Shown: piece after piece, positions 9,840 to 19,245 of the stretch | Layout: every line of letters starts with the position of its first letter | Numbering within the stretch: position 1 is the stretch's first letter | From: an uncultured Chlamydiae bacterium | GTDB taxonomy: Bacteria; Chlamydiota; Chlamydiia; Chlamydiales; SM23-39 | Direction of reading: 5' to 3' | Assembly (NCBI GenBank): GCA_963828125.1 | Contig: CAWHDP010000002.1 | Coordinates: forward strand, 128,001-192,000 | DNA length: 64,000 nucleotides | Position numbers and translations under genes: made by a program | Notes under the pieces: model-generated | Told to the model about the DNA's origin: nothing | Database searches by the model: none | What the model saw: only the letters and a program-made list of their open reading frames with translations

Positions 9840-10841
9840 ATGTTGGATATCTCGACTTTGCGCCGCACAGCGGCAGAAATAGCCGCTTTGGCCCTCTCAG
9901 AACTCTACCCCGGCGTTCACCTGTTGGGCGGCGGCGAGACCCCCCTCGGCTTTTATTACGACTTCTCTATCCCCTACCCCGTTCACATTCACCTCGTTGA
10001 AGAAAAAATGAGGCAGATCATCCGCGAAAAACGGGAGATCCGCACCCTCGAAATGGTCCCTTTCAGCGCCGCCGAACTGCTCAAAAGTGAGGGGCTTTTG
10101 TCCCGTTTGGGGGAACTCTCGGGAGAAGAGGGGCTCGTCGAATTGATCCAAATCGGAAAATTTTATGACCTCAGCCCAGGCCCCCATCTCAAAAATACAG
10201 CAGGTCTTGCCGCTTTCAAAATTTCCATGGAACCACTCCCTGAGAATAGCATCAGAATTCTCGGCTGGTGCGAACAGTCGAAAGACGCCCTCAAACAATT
10301 TTTGAAAAAATTGGATCAATATACGGAACCAGCTGTATTAGGGGAGCGGATGAAACTCTGGAAAGGGGATGTTTGGCTCCCAGCCGGGCTGAAAATGAGA
10401 CAGGAACTCACTCAATTTTTAAAAAAAAAATGGTTTGTCAACGCCCTCGAAATCGGAGGGCCTTATGGAGCCGATCGGCTTGAACTCCACCGCTCGATGG
10501 GGGTGGCGAAGGTGGCCGAAATCTGGATGCCGACATCCGGCGAGACCTGCATTCAAGTCAGTTTTTTTGGAAAACCCGAGGGGGAAATGATTTCCCTCTT
10601 GCAATCGATTGGAAAAACCCTTACTATCTTAGGCTTTGATCATTCTACTGTCCCTGTGGGGCGGGAGGTTGATTATTTAGTAGAGGACGGGTTGGGTAGA
10701 GTCCACCCTCTGGTCCATGTGAAGAAGGCGTCGAGGAAAGGGTTCTTGGCGGACGGTTTTTATATGACAGCCGTGGTGGAGAGAATTTTGTTTCAAATGC
10801 TGGAGAAAAACCTTATGATGGTAGAGCTTGAGAATCAATAG
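9840..10841 (+). CDS. Degenerate threonyl-tRNA-synthetase-like protein (333 aa)
   Basis: GFYYDF and YDLSPGPHL resemble the ThrRS N2 editing domain; sits at the canonical thrS position before infC; about half the normal length. Confidence 0.75.
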   Translation: MLDISTLRRTAAEIAALALSELYPGVHLLGGGETPLGFYYDFSIPYPVHIHLVEEKMRQIIREKREIRTLEMVPFSAAELLKSEGLLSRLGELSGEEGLVELIQIGKFYDLSPGPHLKNTAGLAAFKISMEPLPENSIRILGWCEQSKDALKQFLKKLDQYTEPAVLGERMKLWKGDVWLPAGLKMRQELTQFLKKKWFVNALEIGGPYGADRLELHRSMGVAKVAEIWMPTSGETCIQVSFFGKPEGEMISLLQSIGKTLTILGFDHSTVPVGREVDYLVEDGLGRVHPLVHVKKASRKGFLADGFYMTAVVERILFQMLEKNLMMVELENQ

Positions 10842-11373
10842 AGAAATTCGTGCAGATCGGCTGAGAGTCATCACAGAGGATGGCGAGCAGCTGGGGATAT
10901 TGACCTTCCGGGAAGCGTTAGCTAAGGCGGAAGAGATGGGGCTCGATTTAGTGGAGATTGCCCCGACGGCGAAGCCTCCTGTTGCGAAGATTATCGATTA
11001 TGGAAAACTCCGCTACTATCAAGCAAAGAAAGAGAAAGAGGGTAAAAAAGCGCAAGTCGTGATTAAGGTGAAGGAGATCAAACTCAAGCCGAACATCGAT
11101 ACTCACGATTTCCAGACGAAAGTGAAGCACGCCCGGGACTTTGTCCTCAAGGGGTGCAAGGTGCGCATCAGCATTGTGTTTCGAGGTCGAGAGATGTTGC
11201 ATATCGATCTTGGACAGAAAGTGGTCAAGCAATTTTGCGAGGAGCTTTCTGATATAGCGCTTGTTGAAACGCCCCCGAAATTATTGGGCCGTACGATGAC
11301 GACTATTTTATCGCCGACAGGGAAGCGGCCTAAAACAAACGAAAAGAAAATTGGAGAATCAACCAGTGCCTAA
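10828..11373 (+). CDS. infC: Translation initiation factor IF-3
   Basis: RINREIR, LDLVEI, IIDYGK and VKEIKL motifs; non-ATG (TTG) start. Confidence 0.96.
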   Translation: MRINREIRADRLRVITEDGEQLGILTFREALAKAEEMGLDLVEIAPTAKPPVAKIIDYGKLRYYQAKKEKEGKKAQVVIKVKEIKLKPNIDTHDFQTKVKHARDFVLKGCKVRISIVFRGREMLHIDLGQKVVKQFCEELSDIALVETPPKLLGRTMTTILSPTGKRPKTNEKKIGESTSA

Positions 11374-11560
11374 AATGAAGACACGGAAGGCGATGAAGGC
11401 CCGTTTTAAAGTGACTGGACGAGGAAAATTAAAGAGGACCCGTCCTGGACGCCGCCATATATTGACGAAGAAGAGTTCGAAGCGCAAGCGAAGCCTTGCC
11501 AAATCGAGGCTTGTCGATGCAGGACAAGTGAAGATGTATAAAATAATGATAGGAGCTTAA
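11366..11560 (+). CDS. rpmI: 50S ribosomal protein L35
   Basis: PKMKTRK..RFKVTG..HILTKK; GTG start. Confidence 0.95.
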   Translation: MPKMKTRKAMKARFKVTGRGKLKRTRPGRRHILTKKSSKRKRSLAKSRLVDAGQVKMYKIMIGA

Positions 11561-11562
11561 CC

Positions 11563-11922
11563 ATGGTTAGAGTCACTAATTCGGTCGCGGCCCGCAAAAG
11601 AACCAAGAGGCTCCTCAAGCGCTGTAAAGGTTTTTACGGAGATCGGAAAAATCACTTGAAGCTCAGTAAAGACGCATTGATGTCTGCGCTGGCGTTCAAT
11701 TATAAGCATAGGAAGCTGCGGAAGCGCGATTTCCGGAGTCTTTGGATTACCCGAATCGGGGTAGCCGCCAAACTCAACGGACTTTCATATAGCCGCTTCA
11801 TCAATGGATTGAAAAAAGTAGGCTGTGAGATGAATCGGAAAATTTTGGCTGAAATTGCGATTCGCGATCCTGGTGCGTTTACGGCGATTGCAGGGACGGC
11901 TAAGCAAGGTCTTGTAGCTTAA
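11563..11922 (+). CDS. rplT: 50S ribosomal protein L20
   Basis: RKRDFRSLWITRI and SYSRFINGL motifs. Confidence 0.97.
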   Translation: MVRVTNSVAARKRTKRLLKRCKGFYGDRKNHLKLSKDALMSALAFNYKHRKLRKRDFRSLWITRIGVAAKLNGLSYSRFINGLKKVGCEMNRKILAEIAIRDPGAFTAIAGTAKQGLVA

Positions 11923-11934
11923 GGGGTCTTTTTT

Positions 11935-12966
11935 ATGGCCTCCCTTCACGAGCAGATTGGCGAACTTCGCTCCAAGTTCATGAGTGAGCTGAGGGAGGCC
12001 GTCCATTCGAAGGATCTTGAGAACATCAAATCCAAATATCTGGGCAAGAAGGGGCCCGTTCAGGCGCTGATGCTCTCTTTGAAGAGTTGCAGCCCCGAAG
12101 AGCGGCCTCACTTCGGCAAGCTCGTTAATGACTTGAAGGAGGAGTTGATCGCCCATTGCGACCATAGCCTCGCCCGCGTGAAGCAAGCCGAACTCAACGA
12201 ACGGCTGAAAAGGGAGTGGCTCGATGCGACCCTGCCAGGCAGGCGCACCCGTCAAGGGCGGCTTCACCCGGTCACCCAGGCGATGAATCGGATCATCGAT
12301 ATACTGGTCGGCATGGGATTTTCCGTTCAGCTCGGTCCAGACGTCGATACCGATTATTACAATTTCGAAGGGTTGAATTTTGCCGAGGGCCACCCGGCTC
12401 GCGATATGCAGGACACCTTTTATCTCTCTCCTGATCTCCTCCTCCGGACCCACACGAGCAACGTCCAGGTACACGCCATGGAGAAATACCTCCCTCCGAT
12501 CCGGATCATTGCACCCGGCCGTTGTTTCCGCAATGAGGACATATCGGCCAGATCCCACGTTTTTTTTCATCAGATTGAAGGATTTTACATCGATCGAAAC
12601 GTCACGTTTGCCGATCTATTTTCGACGATGGATGACTTTCTCGGTAAGCTCCTTGGCGAAAAGGTGGAGACCCGCTATCGCCCCTCCTATTTTCCTTTCG
12701 TGGAGCCCGGCCTTGAAGTCGACGTCCGGTGCATTTCGTGCAAAGGGGCTGGCTGCCGGATCTGCAAGCAGACAGGGTGGCTGGAGATTCTCGGCGCAGG
12801 GATGATTCATCCCAACGTTCTGAAGAGAGGCAATATCGATCCAGAGAGCTATTCGGGTTATGCTTGGGGGATGGGGATCGAACGGCTGACGATGCTTTTG
12901 GGCGACATCCGAGACATCCGACTCTTTACGGAGAACGATCTCCGGTTCTTGGAGCAATTTCCTTGA
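11935..12966 (+). CDS. pheS: Phenylalanine--tRNA ligase alpha subunit
   Basis: HPARDMQDTF, LRTHTS, YFPFVEP and GMGIERL motifs. Confidence 0.98.
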   Translation: MASLHEQIGELRSKFMSELREAVHSKDLENIKSKYLGKKGPVQALMLSLKSCSPEERPHFGKLVNDLKEELIAHCDHSLARVKQAELNERLKREWLDATLPGRRTRQGRLHPVTQAMNRIIDILVGMGFSVQLGPDVDTDYYNFEGLNFAEGHPARDMQDTFYLSPDLLLRTHTSNVQVHAMEKYLPPIRIIAPGRCFRNEDISARSHVFFHQIEGFYIDRNVTFADLFSTMDDFLGKLLGEKVETRYRPSYFPFVEPGLEVDVRCISCKGAGCRICKQTGWLEILGAGMIHPNVLKRGNIDPESYSGYAWGMGIERLTMLLGDIRDIRLFTENDLRFLEQFP

Positions 12967-13005
12967 TTAAAAAGACTTAAAAGGCGTAAGATCAGTCCTT
13001 CTTTT

Positions 13006-13094
13006 GGAAGAGTGGCAGAGTGGCCGATTGCACCTGTCTTGAAAACAGGAGGCCCTTCCGGGGTCCGTGGGTTCGAATCCTACCTCTTCCGCCA
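13006..13094 (+). tRNA. tRNA-Ser(TGA)
   Basis: GGAAGAG/CTCTTCC acceptor stem, CCTGT-CTTGAAA-ACAGG anticodon arm, long variable arm, encoded CCA. Confidence 0.96.
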
Positions 13095-13097
13095 TTA

Positions 13098-13162
13098 TGT
13101 ACCACCATCGGCCAATGACTTGGCTTGGGTTCAAATCCAAGTTGTTGGCCGGTGGTGGTATA
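13098..13162. repeat. 65-bp palindromic element, family B full copy
   Basis: TGTACCACCATCGGCCAATGACTTGG-CTTGGGTTCAAAT-CCAAGTTGTTGGCCGGTGGTGGTATA. Confidence 0.85.
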
Positions 13163-13182
13163 ATCCCTTCGAGTCCTGAATC

Positions 13183-14526
13183 TCATTCAGCAAGGCCAGG
13201 ATTTCGATTTTTTACCTTGTCTCTTTGCGTGAACGCTATCCACTCGCCGATGCTATAGCCGGCGAGCGAGAGGAGAATGCTGCCGATTTCCGATGGGGTG
13301 GGCGGGGAGACGAATTTGAAAAGACAAAATCCGGCGATCCCAAAAACCATCGAGAGAATGCCCGAGATAAAATGCCCCTGCTTTTTGAAGAGAGCGGTGA
13401 GGATGGGGATGAGAAGGCAGCTCAGAGAAAGCTCATAACTCTGTATGAGCATCTCTACGACGTTATTGAAAAAGAAGGCGCAAATAATGGCTGCTGCTGA
13501 GAGAGCTGCTGTGAGGATTTGCATCGAGCGGAGGCTTTTTTGTTTGGAGAAAAAATCGCTCGAGAGATTCGAGCTGATGGCGCTGATGAGCGAGGTGGCG
13601 GTTGAGATAACGGCGGCGAGGACAGCGCAGCCGACGATGGCGGTGATCCAGGGATTGGTGAGGGTGGAGACGGCGACCATGAGGACGCTCGCTCCGGGGG
13701 GGATGATGAGGCCAAGGCTCTTGGCGAGGACGCCAAAATAGACCGGAATAATGCAGATCAGCATGGCGAGTATGCCGGCCCAGAAGCTGGCCTTGGAGAC
13801 GGTGCGAGGCGATTCTCCGGCAAAACACCTTTGTCCCATGTCTTGCTCAATGATCATGAAGAGAAGGGGCATGAGGAGCCATCCGGTGTATTTCGATGTG
13901 GCGACGGCATATGATTCGATGGATGCGGGAAATGGGCCGTCGTAGGCGACCCAGCTGAAAGCAAAGAGGAACACGAGGGTAAAGAGGGTGGCTTGGGCCA
14001 TGTCGGTGGCGATGACGGCTTTAAGGCCGCCTCGTACGGTGTAGAGAATGATGCTGGCCCAGACGGCGACAAAGATGGCGTTGCTAGGGACGCCCATGGC
14101 GACTAAGAATTTTTTGGAGGCGATGATTTGGCCGGCTAGAATCATAAACAGGGAGATCACAGAGAGCATGGAGGCGATTTTGCGCAAGAGAGGGGAGCGG
14201 TAGATCACTTCGAGAATCTGGGCGACGGTCGATACTTGAAATTGGGCGAGTTTTCGGCCGAGGCCGAGGCCGAGAAAGATCAGGCCGAGGGCGTTGCCAA
14301 GGGGGTAAAAGAGGATGGCCCAGCCATATTTGTAAGCCTCATCTGCTGCGCCGAGGACGAGTCCTCCTCCTACTTGGGTGGCGAGGAAGGTCATCATGAG
14401 GGGAAAGAAGGTGACGGTTTTGCCGGCTAGGTAGTAATCGTCTTGGGTTTTGATGTTCTTAGAAGAACGTTTACCAATATACCAATAGATCGTTTGAAGA
14501 ATGAGCACTAAAAATATAAATTTCAT
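13183..14526 (-). CDS. Sodium:solute symporter family transporter
   Basis: DYYLAG, ATQVGGG, YTVRGGLKAVIATD and QDMGQRCFA motifs; many TM helices. Confidence 0.92.
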   Translation of the reverse strand: MKFIFLVLILQTIYWYIGKRSSKNIKTQDDYYLAGKTVTFFPLMMTFLATQVGGGLVLGAADEAYKYGWAILFYPLGNALGLIFLGLGLGRKLAQFQVSTVAQILEVIYRSPLLRKIASMLSVISLFMILAGQIIASKKFLVAMGVPSNAIFVAVWASIILYTVRGGLKAVIATDMAQATLFTLVFLFAFSWVAYDGPFPASIESYAVATSKYTGWLLMPLLFMIIEQDMGQRCFAGESPRTVSKASFWAGILAMLICIIPVYFGVLAKSLGLIIPPGASVLMVAVSTLTNPWITAIVGCAVLAAVISTATSLISAISSNLSSDFFSKQKSLRSMQILTAALSAAAIICAFFFNNVVEMLIQSYELSLSCLLIPILTALFKKQGHFISGILSMVFGIAGFCLFKFVSPPTPSEIGSILLSLAGYSIGEWIAFTQRDKVKNRNPGLAE

Positions 14527-14593
14527 AAAATTCCAAAAATAAAAATTAAAAAAACGCTAACGCGCGAAAAAAATCAGTAAAATGGGGAGAAGA

Positions 14594-14665
14594 TTAATGG
14601 GAATGATGATGGCGGGAACGGGAAAGGGAGCGGGTGGCTGGCGCGTTCAATATTTTCTTAAACAT
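14594..14665 (-). promoter_or_regulatory. Putative His-rich leader peptide MFKKILNAPATRSLSRSRHHHSH
   Basis: 23-codon ORF with an AAGGTAGG SD-like sequence and four CAT codons among the last five; ends 67 nt before the symporter ATG. Confidence 0.6.
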
Positions 14666-14781
14666 AGATACCTACCTTTGTGGCTGATGGGAGCGTACAT
14701 TTATTGAGGATTTAAAGATACTGAAAACAAAACCTTTGCCAAGATCACGATTGACGATCTCTTGGGTTGATTCTCGTTCGT

Positions 14782-14931
14782 TCAACGTCTTTTGAAGAAC
14801 TGAATTTCCCGCTCGTGCTGAACGGCTGCCGCGCGGGTGGTGAAAGTCCCCAAATTCCTTCTCCGGCCCGTCTTGGGGTTTTTCTTGCGCGAATAGAGGC
14901 GATATCCCCCTGAAGGGAGTTTTCTGATCAT
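14782..14931 (-). CDS. Small basic conserved hypothetical protein (49 aa, missed by the ORF track)
   Basis: MIRKLPSGGYRLYSRKKNPKTGRRRNLGTFTTRAAAVQHEREIQFFKRR*; resembles, from memory, a widespread small uncharacterised family. Confidence 0.75.
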   Translation of the reverse strand: MIRKLPSGGYRLYSRKKNPKTGRRRNLGTFTTRAAAVQHEREIQFFKRR

Positions 14932-14962
14932 GATCATCGCATAACAAAGAGACGTTGATTTG

Positions 14963-15631
14963 TCAACCGATCATCTTCCCGTCTTCGAGCCGGACGATCC
15001 GGTCGGCGAAGTGGGCGATGCGAGGATCGTGGGAGACAATGATGAGGGTTTTCTTCCGATCGGTGACGATTTTGCGGAGGAGTTCCATGATTTTAGCGCC
15101 TGTTTCGTGGTCTAAAAAACTGGTCGGCTCATCGCAGACGATGAGGTCGGGGTCGTGGATGAGGGCGCGGGCGATCGCGACCCGTTGCTGCTGGCCGCCC
15201 GAGAGGAGATCGGGGGTGGCGCCGGCTTTTTCTCCGATTCCTAAATCTCGAAGCAGCGCAGCTGCTTTTAGCTCGGCGCTCTTTCGATCCACGCGATTCA
15301 AGAGAAGGGGGATGGCGATGTTTTCAGCGCAGGTGAGCATGGGGACGAGATTGAAGGCTTGGAAGACGAAGCCGATGTGTTGGCTCCGATACCGGGTTTT
15401 TTCGAGATCGGGGAGGCGATTCAAATCTTTTTCTCCGACGAGACATTCTCCGCTTGTTTGCGTTAACATGCCGGCGATGACGGAAATCAGGGTCGTTTTG
15501 CCCGATCCGGAGGGACCCATGATCATCAAAAGTTCGCCGTCTTTAACTTCGAGATCGATGCCGCGGAGGGCGTCCACCCTCGTCGTCCCTTCGCCGAATA
15601 CTTTTGTGACATTCTTGCAGACGACTTTCAT
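14963..15631 (-). CDS. ABC transporter ATP-binding protein (LolD/MacB-like)
   Basis: GPSGSGKT, LSGGQQQR, DEPT and SHD motifs. Confidence 0.95.
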   Translation of the reverse strand: MKVVCKNVTKVFGEGTTRVDALRGIDLEVKDGELLMIMGPSGSGKTTLISVIAGMLTQTSGECLVGEKDLNRLPDLEKTRYRSQHIGFVFQAFNLVPMLTCAENIAIPLLLNRVDRKSAELKAAALLRDLGIGEKAGATPDLLSGGQQQRVAIARALIHDPDLIVCDEPTSFLDHETGAKIMELLRKIVTDRKKTLIIVSHDPRIAHFADRIVRLEDGKMIG

Positions 15632-15634
15632 CTG

Positions 15635-16774
15635 TTAACTCTTGAATACAATGGCCGGATCGATCCGGATTACTTTAATGATGCTGAAGAGGGCGGCGAT
15701 GAGGCAAATGCAGAAGAGGCAAACGCCGCTGAGGAGGTAGAGCCACCAGGGGAGCGAGAAGGAGAGTTCGGTATGGCGGAGGAGCCAGCCGAATAGGGCG
15801 GCGGCGCCTATGCCGATGCCCCAGCCGATGGCGGCCACCATGGCGGCTTGGAGAAAGACCATCTTGATGAGGAGCGCATTGGTGGCCCCCATGGCTTTAT
15901 AGATGCCGAAATAGCGGATATTTTCGAGGATGAAATTAAAAAAGGTTTGCCCTGCGATCGCGACGCCAATAATAAAGCCGAGGAGGATAGCCACTCCGAA
16001 ATTGACGACAATCCCTGTGTATTTCGCATAGTAGAACATCGTGAGCTTTTGAAAATCCCAGCTGGTGTAGGCGGCGTATCCGGTGATGGCGCGGATCTGA
16101 CGGCAGAGCGTCTCTGGAGCTACCCCTTTTTTCGCTTTGACGAGGACGAAGGTGAGGACGTCGCGGACGAGGGGGGCGATGGTAGTGGCGTTATTGTAGG
16201 TCGTATAGATGACGGGTTGGGATTGGAACGTCCTTGCGGTGGAACAGATCCCGGCGACGTAGGCCCTCCTATCGTTGAGTTCCATCACGTCGCCTACCCT
16301 CAACGGGACGCCGTGCGAGGCGAGTTTGTCGGCAGCGCCGATCTGATTGACGAAGACGGCGTCGGGAAAGCGGAGATCGTGAAGGGTCCCTTCGACCATG
16401 GCAGGGGGGCCGCCGATGAGAGTCGCATCATCGATGCCAATGAAGACGCAGGTCTGGAAGGCGCCGCTCAAAAGTCTTGCCTGAATCGTCCCCTTATAAA
16501 GGGGAACTGCCCAATCGATCCCTTCAAGGCTTCTGATCCGATACAAAACAGTCTCTTTCATCCCTTTTAAATCGTCAATGTACTGTACGGTCGGATCCAT
16601 CACCCAAATATCGGGTTGCGAGGTGTCGGTGATATAGCTAAAGGTCCTTTTCATGATCCCGACGAAAATGGCCCCTTGCTGACTGATGATGAAGGAGGCA
16701 AACCCGAGGGCGACCACGAGACCGAGATATTTCATCCGATCGCCGATCAACATTTTTAGGGCGTAGAGGAGCAT
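15635..16774 (-). CDS. ABC transporter permease (FtsX/MacB-like)
   Basis: One N-terminal TM, periplasmic domain, three C-terminal TMs, KAMGA motif and DPAIVFK end. Confidence 0.9.
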   Translation of the reverse strand: MLLYALKMLIGDRMKYLGLVVALGFASFIISQQGAIFVGIMKRTFSYITDTSQPDIWVMDPTVQYIDDLKGMKETVLYRIRSLEGIDWAVPLYKGTIQARLLSGAFQTCVFIGIDDATLIGGPPAMVEGTLHDLRFPDAVFVNQIGAADKLASHGVPLRVGDVMELNDRRAYVAGICSTARTFQSQPVIYTTYNNATTIAPLVRDVLTFVLVKAKKGVAPETLCRQIRAITGYAAYTSWDFQKLTMFYYAKYTGIVVNFGVAILLGFIIGVAIAGQTFFNFILENIRYFGIYKAMGATNALLIKMVFLQAAMVAAIGWGIGIGAAALFGWLLRHTELSFSLPWWLYLLSGVCLFCICLIAALFSIIKVIRIDPAIVFKS

Positions 16775-18207
16775 TGCCAGTTCCCTCCCAGAGCTTTGTA
16801 AAGAGAGATGAGATCGGCGGCGAGCGCCTGTTCGCTTTGAATCAACGTACTTTCTGCATCGAGGAGCGTCTTGAGCGCTCCGAGCGACTCTAACTCGCTC
16901 GCAAGCCCGGCTTGCCATAGGTCATTTGTCAATGCAAGGGATCTCGCATCTGCAGCTAGCTGCGCCGTGATATCGCCATTGCGCCGCTCTTCGTCGAAAT
17001 AGGCGACGAGAGCCCCCTCCACGTCTTGCAAGGCGGAGATCACCGTTTGCTCATAGGATAAAAGCGCTTGCCGTTGGACCGAGTTTGCGGCGTCGATCTG
17101 ACCTCTCGTTTTTCCAAAATCGATCAAATCCCAGTTGATGCTAGGGCCAATGCCCCAGAGGCTGCTCCCGTGCTTAAAGAGCTTCGAAAACGTATTCGCC
17201 TCGTAGCCGTATCCGTTGCCAGTGAGGGCGATGCTTGGGAAAAGGGCAGAAATCGCAATCCCGATCTGTTCGGTCGCAGCCGCTAGCTGCCGTTCAGAAG
17301 CTCTGATGTCGGGTCTTCGGCGGAGAAGATCGGAGGGGAGCCCTGCAGGCACTTTGCCGCAAAAAAGGGGCATCCGGCCTGTCTCATTAAAGCGGTGGGA
17401 GAGCTCCTCAGGCGGCTTGCCCATGAGGACGGCGAGAGCATAGACCGTCTCTTTCAACGATGTTTCTAAAACGGGGAGAGCTGCCTGGTCGCTCTGTAGC
17501 GTCGCGATCTGGTTTTGGATCTGAATTTCATTATCGATTCCTGCATCGAAAAGGACTTGCAATAACTGCAGTTCGCGTGCGTCGGCGGCGATCTTTTTTC
17601 TCAATACTTCGATCTGTCTCTGAAGAGAGCGGATCGCGATATAATCGCGCGCCCCCTCTCCGATTGCAGTGATCAAGATGTTGTCTGCCAAAAATTGGCT
17701 CGCTTCCCATTGATCGAGCGCCGCCTGCTTGCCCCGCCTGAATTTGCCCCAAAAATCGAGCTCCCAAACGGCGTCGAATCCAAATTGGAAAAAATTTTGC
17801 ACGGGAGGGCCTGTGATTGCGCCGATGCCCGACGTGGTGGTTCCGCTTGCGAAGGCCACTGCATTGGCAGCGGTCGTAAATAAATTCTGGCTAAAGCGCT
17901 GCCGAACCGCTACCGCATTTAAATCAATCGTCGGCCAAAGGGTCGAATTTTGGATTTGAAACTGGGCCCGCGCTTCGATGATTTGCTCTACGGCGATTCG
18001 GAAATCGTAATTTCCCTGGATCACTTCATCGATGACCTCATCGAGTATCGGGTCGCCAAATTGCTTCCACCACTGGCATAAATCTTCATCGGAAATCGGC
18101 GCTTGCCCCTCGGAAAATTGCTCGGGCATGGCCACTTCGGGCGTTTGATATCTCGGACCTACCATGCATCCACCGAAAAAAATAAGGAGCACGCCCCAGA
18201 TCCTCAT
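16756..18207 (-). CDS. Efflux outer membrane lipoprotein (NodT/OprM family)
   Basis: GCMVGP lipobox, WELDFWG, PSDLLRRRPDI and LYKALGG motifs. Confidence 0.93.
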   Translation of the reverse strand: MRIWGVLLIFFGGCMVGPRYQTPEVAMPEQFSEGQAPISDEDLCQWWKQFGDPILDEVIDEVIQGNYDFRIAVEQIIEARAQFQIQNSTLWPTIDLNAVAVRQRFSQNLFTTAANAVAFASGTTTSGIGAITGPPVQNFFQFGFDAVWELDFWGKFRRGKQAALDQWEASQFLADNILITAIGEGARDYIAIRSLQRQIEVLRKKIAADARELQLLQVLFDAGIDNEIQIQNQIATLQSDQAALPVLETSLKETVYALAVLMGKPPEELSHRFNETGRMPLFCGKVPAGLPSDLLRRRPDIRASERQLAAATEQIGIAISALFPSIALTGNGYGYEANTFSKLFKHGSSLWGIGPSINWDLIDFGKTRGQIDAANSVQRQALLSYEQTVISALQDVEGALVAYFDEERRNGDITAQLAADARSLALTNDLWQAGLASELESLGALKTLLDAESTLIQSEQALAADLISLYKALGGNWQCSSTP

Positions 18208-19142
18208 CTTTCACCTTGGAATAGCGTTGCTGCTTCAATATAGACGTCTAAAAGCTGGCCTGCATAGACTGGAAGATCCATCCGGTCAAACTGGTAGAGA
18301 ACCTGAAGAACCCTTGTATCGAGCCTTTCAATCGTCTCGCCAGTAAAAGAGGTTTTCGGAATGACGTAGGGCTCTATTCTCAAAAATTTCATCGGGAAGG
18401 AAATATTCGCATTGCCTCGCACGAAAGCGGTGGCCCGCGCTCCCTTTTGAAAGCGCCAGCAATCCTCCTCGTCGATATCGATCCGCATTTGTAAAGGAGA
18501 GACGGTTCCCATCAAAATCTGCGCCGTCTGCAAATTAGAGTAAGATTGTGTGACGCCGTAAGAGTTCGGAGCGTAGATTTCGCCGATATGGGCATTGATT
18601 TGCAAAATCTCTCCGTCAACGGGCGCGCAAATCGTCGAACGGACGATGTCGGTCTCCACCTGTTGCAGCTGATTTTGCGCGACATAAACCTGTTCTTCCG
18701 CCTCGAGCATGGCGTAGTAGGCGGAGGCATATGCCTGCTCGCTCACGGCCCTCCGATCGGTCAGCCTTTGATAAAAAGAAAATTGGGTCTTCTGGTTTTT
18801 ATAGGCAATCTGGGCTGCAGACAGTTGGCTTTCGGCTGTCTTCTTTGACGCCTCGAGGCTCCGGGTATCTTGTTTCAAAAGGGGATCTCCCGCTTTCACT
18901 AGATCCCCCTCGACTACATAGATAGCGACGACCGGTTCCACAAACGGAGTCCCAATGGCGATGTTTTCGGTCGAGGCTTCGATGATCCCTGCTCCATAGA
19001 TGGCCGCTCTGTAAGGCGATGTCGGCGCCGGAAATTCAATCGGAGGGACAGGGAGTTTTCTTTGACTCCAAAACACGACCCAGAGGGCGACGATCGCCCC
19101 GATCGCCGCCAAAATAGGAAGGATCCATTTCTTATAGCCCAT
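18204..19142 (-). CDS. Membrane fusion / periplasmic adaptor protein
   Basis: VVEGDLVKAGDPL and ICAPVDG lipoyl-like motifs; DTRVLQV. Confidence 0.9.
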   Translation of the reverse strand: MGYKKWILPILAAIGAIVALWVVFWSQRKLPVPPIEFPAPTSPYRAAIYGAGIIEASTENIAIGTPFVEPVVAIYVVEGDLVKAGDPLLKQDTRSLEASKKTAESQLSAAQIAYKNQKTQFSFYQRLTDRRAVSEQAYASAYYAMLEAEEQVYVAQNQLQQVETDIVRSTICAPVDGEILQINAHIGEIYAPNSYGVTQSYSNLQTAQILMGTVSPLQMRIDIDEEDCWRFQKGARATAFVRGNANISFPMKFLRIEPYVIPKTSFTGETIERLDTRVLQVLYQFDRMDLPVYAGQLLDVYIEAATLFQGER

Positions 19143-19245
19143 TCAAGCCGGACAATAGAAATTTTCCAATACTTGTGCAACCAGTTTGTAAAGAATGTAG
19201 GTTTTCAATATATTTTTAGATCGTAAAATTTTTTAAAGGAGGGTC

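Noticed and set aside
14672..14947. 91-aa minus-strand ORF in the track
   Set aside because: Alternative frame over the more plausible 49-aa gene at 14782-14931
14955..15638. 227-aa + strand ORF and similar long antisense ORFs (e.g. 2843-3643, 27601-28470)
   Set aside because: Shadows of well-supported genes on the opposite strand
13006..19142. tRNA-Ser-anchored integrative element
   Set aside because: No integrase and no duplicated tRNA 3' end was found in the window
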